A stretch of 63,051 nt of DNA, filler included, from Asterionella formosa (GCA_002256025.1; 12 parts of 12 records of this genome joined end to end with filler, not necessarily neighbours in it), one strand, 5' to 3'. Shown: positions 11,722-23,265, counted from the whole stretch's first letter. Numbers and translations: made by a program. Notes: generated by a model from the sequence alone, not told the origin.

Positions 11722-13347
11722 TCAATTTTCCTTGTCATTCAAGATGTTGCAAGGGTTTTTTCCAAATGTTTCATTCAACATTTTCAAGTCCATAAAACTA
11801 TTCTGCACAACTTTCTTTATGCAGAAGGCAACAACAGCTTTTTCCATTTGCACCTTCTCCTTCTTGGTAAGAACCTGCAATGATTTTTTAGACCAAACGG
11901 TTCCAAGGCCAAAAAAATTATCCATCTTCTTGACATGAGGTACTTTCGACGGAAAGCCAACATGATCACATGATCTGATGATACTACCATGCCGACCAAC
12001 TGCTTCCAATTGCAATTCTCTAGACGAAATTGAGCCTGACATCCAAAAAATTTGGTTTCACCATTTCTTTCCAATTGAAGTAGACTTTCTAAAAATTTCA
12101 CCACAGTGAATGGTCCACAGGACCATCCATTATCACCTTCTGGCTGGTATGATTGGCAGTGAGTCATGAGCAGGTGCCATAAAAACTTGCAATAGAGCTT
12201 ATGTAGAATGATAGAAACTCTTACTCTGAATGACCTGTTGTGTCTTATAAGCATGGCTTGGAAGGTAGGCATCCCATGATGCTATTTCTTTTTCCCTTTT
12301 ACATCCAGGGATGATGCAATATTTACGGGCAAGGTGAAACACTTGATTGAGATGTTCTTGGACTGTGGCTGCTTCTGCTTCTGTTGGATCGCGGATTTGA
12401 TATATCCCTTCCTTAAGACCAAATATGTAATGAACAAAATGATAAATACCACAAGATGATCTCTTGCAGTACACTATAGTCACATAGGTACACTCAATAT
12501 ACAACGGGTGAAAATTGCCACTATAAGTGTCTTCACAACAATCCATTTGTGGATTGTCATCAACATCCACAATAACACTCACATTGGTTGGATGGAGTTC
12601 ATGAGTTTTGAATTGAATGAGATTTTGAATTTGTTGAAAATCACAATATGCAAGAGATTTAAACTTCTCAATTTCTTTTTTGAAATGTAGCAAGTTATAA
12701 TTCTTTGCAGCATAAGTACAGACTTCTTGGGGAGTTCGAGAATAAAGATCTTCCCATCGCTCAAATTGTGGCTTCGTTTTGGGAATGTTCACATACATGA
12801 AGGTTCGAATGGGAGACATGAGTTGACATAATTGACATGAATTTTCCTCTATATATGAACTGCCCTTGGGATTCTTGATGATTGACAGAATCTTTTTCAG
12901 CTTCAGATGATTCCATAAAATTACCATTTCGATCATCCCGGTCATTGGGCATAACGAATTGGGAAAGGTCGAACATAGTCTGGCTGATTATGGTATTTTT
13001 GTTCTTCAACAGCTTGATCTCTTCCACAATACCTGAACAGAAGTTTGATTTTCGAAAACAGGTTGATCTTCAGTAGCATGAACAAAGGTTCCTTTATTGT
13101 CATCGGGATGTTCCTCTTCATGACCAATCCTTGACGAATTATTATTGTAAAGAATCTTTTCATTACTTGATATTGTTGTCTTTCTTGGAAGAACAACAGA
13201 ATCTATCAAACCAGCACCTAAGTCATCATCATCTCCATCCATCAGGTAATCTGGGGTAGGGTTCTTGAAAATTTCTGTATTTGAAAGCTTAGCCTCTAAA
13301 TGTAGAGGTACCCTTGTCTCGTCATGGCACATAACATGCATTATCAT
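11722..13347 (-). pseudogene. Ulp1/C48-like cysteine peptidase pseudogene, copy A
   Basis: Catalytic order H (YHFVHYIF), D (IRDP), Q/C (YQPEGDNGWSCGPF) across frameshifted ORFs; lies inside a CGTCTG-type end at 14007. Confidence 0.7.
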
Positions 13348-14214
13348 GAGAGATCGACTGGCTTTTTCTTGATTTGGTGAACGATCAATAAGAATAGCTT
13401 GTTTCTTTTCATTGAAAAAAATGGTTCAAATGTTTTCAATTCGCCGTAGAAGATGACCTCTCTGATAAATGCATTGGGGCAACTATGGAATTAACATATG
13501 AACTCTTTTTTCTCGAGAATTGTAAACCTTTTCTCGAAATCATCAGATTTGGAAGGAAACAGAAATGAGCTCTCAACCGATTCAATGAGTTGTTTCAATT
13601 TCTTCCTCGATGTTAAAAAGTCTTCTAGTGTAAACCCAAATAGACTACTATCCTCTTTGTCATTCCAAATGTTCTTGTTGTTTTCCATATCAACTTTGAT
13701 TGGTATTGATATGACGAGTGATACAGTATGGTTACACGAAATGATAAACAATGCAATAAAATGGAGTTCGATTACTATCAATGATGTGATGGTAAGGCAA
13801 CAGCAGTGGCCACAGCAGCAAACAATGGTTGCTGATGGTTTGGAGCCAGTGATGGTAAAAATAAATAAATACATGTATTAATATACATATACTTACAATA
13901 TTCTCTCAGACAATAAATATTATATTCATATTAGAAGATAAATCGAATTTATATAATCGTCATTATAAGATACATCACACGAATAAGATGTTTTCTATTT
14001 GCAGACGTATACAAATCAACAAATACAATCAACAACGGCACAATACCACATCTTCAAAGAGTAGTCAGTGATAAATACATTGGTTCTTATGTAGATTTAT
14101 TCAATCGAATCAAAACGACAGTGCGGAACGACTAACAACGACAGAAGCGATCAAAACAAACCATGAAAGCAATCAAATCGGAAATTCGACAATCATATCT
14201 ACGATCACATTCAG

Positions 14215-15410
14215 TATTTGACTGTTGTACTCACTGATCTGCTCTAACAAGCGTAACATGCAGCAGACGATGGGCGCATAAGAAATTCGAAAAGTTCCTG
14301 TAGCAAGCCCTAGTAATCGAGCAACGGCAGGCAGGATAAAGTGAGAATTATAATTGTGAGGAAGAAATCGGACATACGATACATAAAATCAATCAATATG
14401 TGAGAGATATAATTTAACATTCTGGTCTCGTAAAGATAATACCAAGTCTACAGCATAAATATTATTATGTGTTCAATAAAAGTAAGCAATTAAAGTTTAG
14501 GCTAAACCATGCATGGTTGTTTTCAGTACCACGTACGTATCATGTAGACTAGATGACTACCTTTTAGGCAGCATCATCACATGGTTGACCGGAGCAAAAA
14601 CTTGCCACCAACATCAGATGTATCGATAATATCATTTGTCCAACGAAATGTGGATGATGCGACTACATGAATCCCTCGAGAAGACAAGCAATCCAACAAC
14701 CAACCGCATCTGTTAGACAATGAATCACTAATGGCGTCATCACTGAACTTATTTCGCTTCAGACTGGGCATTTTGGATGATGATAGGCATGGTGAAAGGT
14801 GAATTGTCGGAGCCAGTTTTCAGGCAAGGAACAAAACCGAGGTGAATTCTAGATATAAATTATTAAAATCTGTAGATTATATATAATGGTTTCCTTAAGT
14901 AGACCCCTTGCCGATTTTGGCAATTCCAGGGCTGGAAAAGGAGGGGCAATTGGCGTCTGTTGTCTTGCCAAAATGCGAACATATGAAATATACAAAATAT
15001 ATTTTAATGATGGGCAATATCGGACCCATTGCAAATTTCGATCTGAAGATAGGAAATAAACAAAATATATTTCACATGATGGGCTAGCTATAGTGAGCTA
15101 AAATTGACATTTACACTTGATGAGTGGGCAGTAGGTAAGCGAATGACGCGATGATAGCTATAGCGGGAATTAGCCTCAACAATATACCCTTCTCGGCGGC
15201 TACTTGCCTTCTCATGTACGTGTGTACTCACAGGCAAGAGACCACCTCGAGCATGTATTGCCTTCAGCAATGCCCACCTAGCTATCGTCTTGCTTTTCGA
15301 TGAAAGCTGCTGCGGGTGTCTAAGTAATTTTTTATTTCTCTAAGTAATTATTATTTAGGGGCATGAGAGGGGCACAGTTGTTTTTTCGGCAGTCCAATTT
15401 TAGGTTTGAG
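14215..15410 (+). repeat. Dispersed modular repeat, copy 2, ending in a segment like the right arm of the 6345-6653 foldback
   Basis: Direct homology to 5020-5930; 15150-15268 matches the GC-rich core; 15280-15400 resembles 6530-6640. Confidence 0.8.
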
Positions 15411-16294
15411 CAGGGACCATCAAACAACATCAGGAGGAGAATTTTCATGGCAAAGTTTAGAAATCTATAGTATGATATCCATCAGCCACATCAAGAACGC
15501 ACAGAGCCCGAATATGATCGAAAAATGATCACACAAGAATGATAGAAATATTGCAGCTACGGCTGGAAAGAACAAATATGATGCTGGTGGCTCCTTGGAT
15601 AATTGGAATGTGAGAAAAATTACGCCGTCATCGAGGTTTTCAATGTGGACAACAATAGAATTAGATTATTGGTCGTATGACAGTGATTCACATGGAAGCG
15701 AACAAACAACAATCAACAGAACAACTCATAATGAGCAAATCAAGACAACAGGCATAGTCTGATTCCTGTTGTCCCCTTGGGTGGTGTTGTGTCTCACCTC
15801 AAGCTGATAGCTCTTTTCGGGTACCAGAAGTGGCTTCTGGTTCGCGTTGCTTGTCATTGTTGATCTACGATAATGAAGTAATAAAAATAATTGTGATAGA
15901 TAGTAACCTACAGAAACAATGCTATTTTAGAGCAGGGGAAACATCCAACAAGTGAGCACTAAAACTTGCTGCCGAGATCTGATTTGAGATAGTGGTGGAC
16001 ATGTTGAAAACATACCAAAGAATTATAAATAAAATATAATCGCTGGTCTTATCTGACGAAAATACCGAAAATTTGGCACCACTGTGATGAAGCAAGTGTC
16101 ACCAGAAGTCGAATCATGCAACAACCAGCCAAATTCATTAGATGAAGAGTCAATACTTGAGTCAACAATAAACAGAGCTTTTGTAAGGCTTGACATGGTT
16201 GATGAGGAGGAGCATTGTAAAGAGGAATTGCCATCAACACTTTTCAGAAACCATCATTTCATGCATTCACATAGCTCATCCTACTCCCTTACAA

Positions 16295-16870
16295 TTTCGG
16301 CAGTCCATTTTCCTTAAGTAAACAGCAGTCCATAGGGGGCAATAGATGTCAGTGATGCATTTCCCTTAAATAAACGGCAGTCCATTTTGGTAGGCAAATC
16401 TAGGGGCCATTGATAAATATATTGAATTTTGTTTGGCAGTCCAAAAATGCAGCATATAAAATATACAAAATATGTTTTATATGAAGGCCAGTTGCAGGAT
16501 CGAGTACCAGTAATCCAAAAACAGAACATATGAAATATTCAACATACGTTTTATATGAAGGGCAATTGGCTGGCTAGTTCGCATCCAGCCAACATACAAA
16601 CTATGTAAAATTGCTTTTCAATGTTAACAGAAAGGGCAACGCAGTGGCGAAAAGTGCGCTGATAGCTAGGTTCTGAATTGCCTAGTTAAGACCCTACTCG
16701 GGAGTCTCCCATCTCGTAAGCTGGTGTACTCGACTTGGGAGGCCCTCGCAGGATGACCTTGCAGCGCCGGGGGCGCCACTCGTTCGGTCAACCTACTCGC
16801 GCCTACCAAGCCTCGAATGCTATAATACTCGCAGGCAGTCTCCACCCTTGGTCGTGTCTTACCTTCAGTA
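16295..16870 (+). repeat. Diverged member of the modular repeat family with GCAGTCCA repeats and a phased CTCG array
   Basis: GCAGTCCA x4; CATATRAAATAT..AA.ATA.GTTTTATATGAAGG x2; GC-rich core homologous to 48452-48667. Confidence 0.7.
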
Positions 16871-17301
16871 GGAGGACCACACGACGAACTGCGACAATCC
16901 AATGCAGCACGGACTCTCACAGTCTCTGTGCAGAGAGGAATCCGTCATCCCATTTTAGTCCGAACAAGCAAAACTTACCTTTCGAAACGAGCGAGTTGCT
17001 TGATGTCATTTTTTGCTGTCCCAACCTAAAATTCCACGAACTGGTGCAAAGAAGTTCACCTTTTGTTTGAAATATTGCTTTCACGTATTTCCATACTTTT
17101 CCATTGGATAAGAATAAATTCTCAATCATTTACCGGTACTGGAATTGAGGTTCCCCCCCCACCTTCTTACTCAAGAACTTGAAGGCAATCTGTTCTTGCT
17201 GCAATATTCGATGCGAACCCCTTTTTGATAAGATCACCTCAACAAGATCTTTACTGAATGCTGCAAATGTCGTTTACGAGAAAAGTCCTCATACATTCAT
17301 C

Positions 17302-18751
17302 ATGAAGGCAATTCAAATTCATTCTCTTTTCATGCTTGCTGCTGTTGTCGTCCACTGTTCATTCGTGGTCCCCGTGAAGGCGGGCCCGAATGGGACCCCA
17401 AAGGTAGGCGGTGTTGCTAGTGATATCGGTGCTAGTAATCTTCTGCCATTCTGTGCATTCGTGTTCATCTGCGTTGTTGGAGTACAAATTGTCTCACCTC
17501 CATTGCCATCCCATCTCCTCCAAACACGCCTTCCACGCCCGTAACTAAAGAAGGTATGTTGCAAATGAACACGGCATTTGCATGATCCTGCCGGCATCAC
17601 ACTCCTGTCCTGTTAGGTGGCTGCATTGTTGCGATCAATCATGTCAACTTACGCTTTGCCATCTTTCTCAAACCAGCCCAAGAAGTCCAAAAAGGTATCT
17701 ATCTCGTGCACAATGATCTGAACAAAGATTTGAATCAAAGTCTTGATTGTTTTGACAGAAATATCTTACAATTTCATTTAATTACTGCTTGTTCTTTTTC
17801 CAAATAGGGTGTAAGTTGCACCCCCCCCCATCATAATCATCGCTGCCAGTGAAGTTGTTTGGTTCTGAAGCTTGAAAATCCATCCAACTTCAACCAGGCA
17901 ATCTCTAACAATTTCTTGATTCTCCTTCAAAACAGACACCAGTTCCCATTGTACGTAGCCAACCTTTTTTGCTTTGTCATTATAGTATATTGAACATCTT
18001 CTTACATCTGCATTTCATTCTGGATCTTCCAATCAGCCTGTAAGTTTCAATCAAATTTTGATCATGCAATGATGTCGTGATAATTGTTTTGAAAGCAATA
18101 TCTTACAATTTCATTTCATTCTGCTTGTCCTTCCAAACAGACAGTAAGTTTCAATCAAAATTATTGATGCAATGATGATTGTTTTAACAGCAATATCTTA
18201 CATTTTCATTCCATTGTGGTTCCTCTTCCAAACAGTCTTCTGTAAGATAAATCAAACATCCATGCATTGATATAACGATGACTGTTTTAACAGGGATATC
18301 TTACAATTTCATTTCATAATGCTTGTCCTTCCAAACAGAAAGTAAGATTCAATCAAACTTGTTTGATGCATTGATGTACTTATGATTGTTTTGAAAGCGA
18401 TGCCTTACATTTTCATTCCATCGTGATTCCTCTTCCAAACAGTCTTCTGTAAGATAAATCAAACTTTTTGTAAGGATGATTGTTTTGACAGAAATATCTT
18501 ACAATTTCATTTAATTACTGCTTGTTCTTTTTCCAAATAGGGTGTAAGTTGCTACCAAATGTGTTCATGCAATGGTGTAATTATGATTGTTTCGGCAGCA
18601 ATATCTTACAATTTCATTTGATTCTGGTTCTCTCCAAATAGCTTGTAAGTACTATTGACCAACATTGTCCTTGCATTCTTGATTTAATGAAAGTTTGTCT
18701 TTGTCTGGTTTTTTGATATTGACGATTTCACTCCATCATGTAAAACAGTGA
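17302..18751 (+). CDS. Predicted micro-exon gene encoding a ~56-aa secreted K/S/P/T-rich peptide (13 exons)
   Basis: Exons: 17302-17403 (signal peptide), 17551-17553, 17677-17694, 17808-17810, 17936-17950, 18037-18039, 18141-18143, 18236-18241, 18339-18341, 18443-18448, 18541-18543, 18642-18644, then TGA at 18749-18751. Every intron is GT-AG and phase 0, mostly with a CT(T/A/C)AC branch-like motif and a pyrimidine tract. Confidence 0.75.
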
Positions 18752-19279
18752 GTTGTCATTAATATGGCATGGATTAAGTTCTCCGTTGGTTTTTTGCCTT
18801 GAAGCTGCATAATTGGGCGAGCATTATGTTTAAGGTTTTTTACACATGTGTTGTTGGTTTTCAAAGTTTAAATATATGTTTGGTTTATTGAATGATTCAA
18901 TTAGACACTATTCCTAGTAATGGTCATGCCAGCCCTTTATGCAAAATACTTCACCCCCATTAAATATATCTCCCAATACGTTTTTAGAAGAAGGGTGTCA
19001 ACTCTGATGCATCATGATGAAATTTTGTTCTACCATGTCTTCCTCAATTTCTATGTAATTCAATACATTCCGAGTAATAAATAAAATGACAATGACGACA
19101 AGGCGACACTTGGTTTACTGGTAAGGGATAACAATCAATGATTTATGAAAAAAATAATTTTCAGAATTTCACATTGACAATGCGCATCTCTTTCAGCTGA
19201 GCGCACCAATGGACATGATTGGTGTGTAAATGTTGGTGCATCAGGATTTCGAAATGTCCTTTCTTTGTATCTTTGTCAT

Positions 19280-19690
19280 TTACTGGGCGATTCATATTCC
19301 TTGGCATATGTTACACACGACAACAAGAGACATTTGGACCATGTTAGTTTATTGATGAGGGATCATGACAAATTAATGATGTATGCAAAAATAAATTTGT
19401 TTTAGGAGCTTTACATTGACAATGTGCAAATCTATAGGCCTGGCGGAAATGTAGGCAGCTGCATCGAAATGGTGAAATGTTTGTTTGTATCGTAATTTCT
19501 TGGGCGATTCATACACTCTTGGTATATGTTATATACATCGACAGGAGATATTTGCAACATGTTGGTCAATTGTTTTTTAATTTTTGCATCGACATAAACA
19601 TAAATTTCTTGGGCGATTCATACACTCTTTGCATTTGTTGTATACAACGACAGGAGACATTTGTAACATGTTGGTTGCTTGTGTTTTTAA
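19280..19690. repeat. Degenerate ~109-bp tandem repeat
   Basis: GGGCGATTCATA...CGACA..AGA.ATTTG at ~19285, 19502 and 19611. Confidence 0.6.
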
Positions 19691-19789
19691 TCTTGTGGTG
19701 ACATTGAACATTTTTAGTCACCACAAACAATATCGCACAATTTTTACAAAATTAATTTTGAAATGATAGCAAGATTGATCAATGGACAT

Positions 19790-21030
19790 CTAGGAAGACA
19801 AAGTGATCGTAACATTCCTAAGAAATCTTACAGGGCTGGACTTACAGCATTAAGAAAAATTTCCGGGCAGTAAATTCCAGGCTTATGTCTATTAACAATC
19901 TTCGCCATAAGGGGCATGATGGGTCCCAAATTTCAAAAAGTTGAGTCAGACTTTACAATAATATTATGGTTAAGTATTTCATTGAATGACAATCTGAATA
20001 TGGGACAATACACTGAAGAGTGTATAGAAATCCTAGACAAACGAATTAGATGATATCTTAGCTTATGTGACAAAAACAGTAACTGGAGAACAACGTGAAC
20101 TGGTTTCTTCTGTCGCATACTGTATACCCAAGTTCCATGGAATGATTCATTACTACCCTCATTTGATTAAAAAATTTGGAACACCTATCAACTTCTTCGG
20201 TGGTTTCCTAGAATCATTCTTGAAAGAAAAATTGAAACGTCCAAGTAAAGGAGTAAATGGTCATATACACCATCTACAACACGATATATTATTGAGGAGT
20301 TATGAAGGAAGACAATTTTTCACTTGCCAGGCAAGTTCTCTTTCCCAGTGATTACGTTATGTCCCTGTTGGTAAAGGAAGAAAATACTGATACATCAACA
20401 AATACTGATGCATCAAAATCTGATGAATCTGATCTTGATGGTATGGAATCAACCGACATACCCACTCATAAGACATCCATTCTTATGAAAACCCAAAAAA
20501 TTCAATTCTCGGCAGAAAAGGATGATTGTGGAATTTGGTACATTTCCGGAAGGAAAAAACAATCAAAGCCAGAACCAAAACGATCAGATGGGTCCGCCTC
20601 TTCCACCCAGACAACGACCACGGGAAAGCAGCGGTTAAGAACCTTGTAAACTCTGCCGTTCAGCGCTGTAATGACAAAAATTCTATTGGAACTATGTCTG
20701 TAGAGTTACTCAGGATCGATTTCTATTACCTTGTTACTATTGTTTTCAAAGATGACAGAGCAAAAACATTTTTAAGATGAAATCTAATTTGAAAAAAAGG
20801 ATAATAGTATTCATCAAGTAACGAATTCCTGGTTTGATTGGGTTGAGGTGAATTGGGAAAATCGGAATGGTAATTTTTACACTGTAACAGCAAAACTACT
20901 TTTATGGGGGAACGTCATTTACTCGGATGGAACCGAATCACTCTTAGCATCTGTTTGTTTGTTGAGAAGCACCAAGAACATGATAGCCCATGATCGCATG
21001 TTTTTTGCTGAGGAAGGAGATGCAAAGTAG
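19790..21030 (+). pseudogene. C-terminal remnant of a Plavaka/CACTA-related transposase
   Basis: RQSDRNIPKKSYRAGL, PKFHGMIHYYPHLIKKFGTPINFFGGFLESFLKEKLKRP and WFDWVEVNW match my recollection of the K.H...Hy...I..fG...n....E..k...K signature; stops and frameshifts present. Confidence 0.65.
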
Positions 21031-21215
21031 CGATATTTTCTTGCTTCACTTAAATTAGAAAATACTCCGCTCAATATGTGCATAATAGTTTGTTACGAAT
21101 GTATGACTTACGTATGTTCTCTTTTTTTCGAGGACCTGATGATGAATATGATCTGTCATCATCTGCTGATTCTTCCGAAGATTTCCATAATTTATTAAAA
21201 TCGTTGTAAATTCTA

Positions 21216-22073
21216 TCATGTTGCTTGAACGCTATCCAGAAGGACAGAATTACGGCTCACTCTCTGCATGGCCTCAGCAATAACCAAAGCACGTTTGAAT
21301 TCTTTGTCCAATTTCGTGGTTTCTTCTTTATCATGCCAATGGAATGATTTTACTGGATGTTTAATCATTTCACTAAGATATGTCAGTTCGGTATCACTTA
21401 ACGTTGGAGATAACTCAAAATTAGGATTGAACACCATCGCTGCAACTTTATCAACACACAAACCCACGATTTTTTTGAAATTATATTCCATAACCGCGTC
21501 TTCAATTCCGAAATCTGTGGTATTGCTAGGAAATGTTCATCCAATTCCATTATTTGCATTAAATTTCATTACCAAAAATGTATCACAACCATCAATCGTT
21601 AACCAAGCCTCACTTCGCTTCCCCATAAACACCATTTCTCTACGATGGTGTAACTGAAGTAATAATTCCATAAACGTCACAATCTTTAAGGGACCACATG
21701 ACCATTTAACATCCTAGGTTGGTTGGAAAATCATTGAATCAGTATCTTTGGCAATAAAACATTTCAGGGGCGCTTTACCTCGACATCCACCCCGCCAATC
21801 TTAAATTGAGGTTTGCCGTCAGTATAACCTCTGATCCTTGTTGGTTTTTCACCCAAGTTTTTCAAAAATCTTTCGCAACATAGTCATTAAGCCTTCTTCC
21901 TGCCTGATTTCCATTTGTCGAACTCTGTTTTCAGCTTGACCACATTTTTTGATGGAGTAATTTCTTTATCGATATCAAACCCTGGGCGAATTCGGTATTT
22001 TCGTGCAATCTCATGAATTCATTTAAAATGACTTTCCAAACACACTCCATGTTCAGGATCATGTACTTCAACT
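21216..22073 (-). pseudogene. Ulp1-like peptidase 3' half, copy C (close paralog of 40995-41830)
   Basis: Reverse complement aligns with 40995-41830; QPT*DVKWSCGPL keeps the catalytic Cys-Gly. Confidence 0.75.
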
Positions 22074-22439
22074 AAAACGTTAGATCTAACGGAAATTTTA
22101 TTCACAGACGTTACTATCTAAATTGCAAGGGCATTTATCAAAATTATTAGATGATATAACGAAAAAATATGATCAGATAATCACAATCCTATGATGTATC
22201 ATGGGAATATGATAGTTTTTGTTTGCAGATGAGCGAAGAGTGGATAATTTTTTAATTCAGAATGAACAGCTTGCTTCTCTTCGTCTTGCAATGTTCTAAC
22301 AGACATCTCATAGTAGTACTGCCTGCCTTCTCAAGACTGAAGATGCCATTCTGAAAGAACTGCTTTGTTTGATTGCATATCGAGATTTGTTTCCCATTTA
22401 ATGTTAAATAGTTGCATTGGTCAACAACATTATTTGACA

Positions 22440-22660
22440 GCACTTTTAAATTATTTGAACAATCTTCAGGAAATTATTTGAATGAACTTCAGAAAATAAT
22501 GTTAACGAAATTATTGAATAACTTGAACAAATCATAGAATTACGTGAACAAATTAAATAAGTTACGTGAACTATATTAAAGAATTACGAGAACGAAATTA
22601 TAAGGCAACTTGAACTAAATTACAGAATTATGTGAAGTATTTCAAATAATTACATGAAGG
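22440..22660 (+). repeat. Array of ~21-22-bp degenerate repeats
   Basis: About 9 units ending in (A/G)TTA(C/T)GTGAA(C/G)-like words. Confidence 0.6.
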
Positions 22661-22848
22661 TGATCACGTAATATGATGATGATCAGGAATGCATGCATGA
22701 TACTCTGATCAAATAGTTAACGTGATGTATTCAGATAATATATAGATTTTGCAATGATTAAGCATTTAATTTATTCAAGTAATTCATGTGATCCATTCAA
22801 AATCATCTAGGCTTATTTACGTGATGGTCACTTAACCTAATATGCGGC

Positions 22849-23265
22849 TTAGATTGATAGAGCTGTGCAGGGCGCAAAAACCGGTTGAAACTCGGCATTG
22901 TTGCCTGTCAGTAAATATTTAAAATATTCAATAAATACCAGCATGACCAACTTGCCCTCCCTGCTGACCCTATAGATTTGAGCGGCAAAGAAGAATGTGA
23001 TGCTCAAATTTCTTTGATTTTCAATCTTGGGTTTCTGGCAAAGGAATAGATGGTCCGTATCCTCAACTTGGTTGCAGTGAGGACATTCCGCCCTGCCTTT
23101 CTCTATGAGGACCCTTCTGGAACTTGTGGGGAGCCAACCATGGATGAACTTTGTTGAAAAGTTGCACCACCCAGCAAGATCCAATAGATCATTTAGAAGA
23201 GATTCTTTTGTGAGTGTTTGCTGATAAAAAGTGGACGAGAAATCGCAACTCATTGCAATTGGCAA
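22849..23265 (-). pseudogene. Non-LTR retrotransposon ORF2 C-terminal fragment (zf-RVT-like CCHC)
   Basis: KFIHGWLPT...CPHCNQVEDTDHLFLC motif. Confidence 0.7.

Noticed and set aside
17179..17544. 121-aa ORF as a single-exon membrane protein
   Set aside because: It starts at TTG, and its second hydrophobic stretch is better explained as translated intron 1 of the micro-exon gene.
17760..18640. Minus-strand splicing using CTTAC as reverse-complement donors
   Set aside because: Pyrimidine tracts, acceptors, 3n exon sizes, the signal-peptide exon and the stop codon all line up only on the plus strand.
17744..18650. CRISPR-like array or plain minisatellite
   Set aside because: Eukaryotic context with no cas genes; the variable parts are 3-15 nt and sit exactly between AG and GT splice signals.
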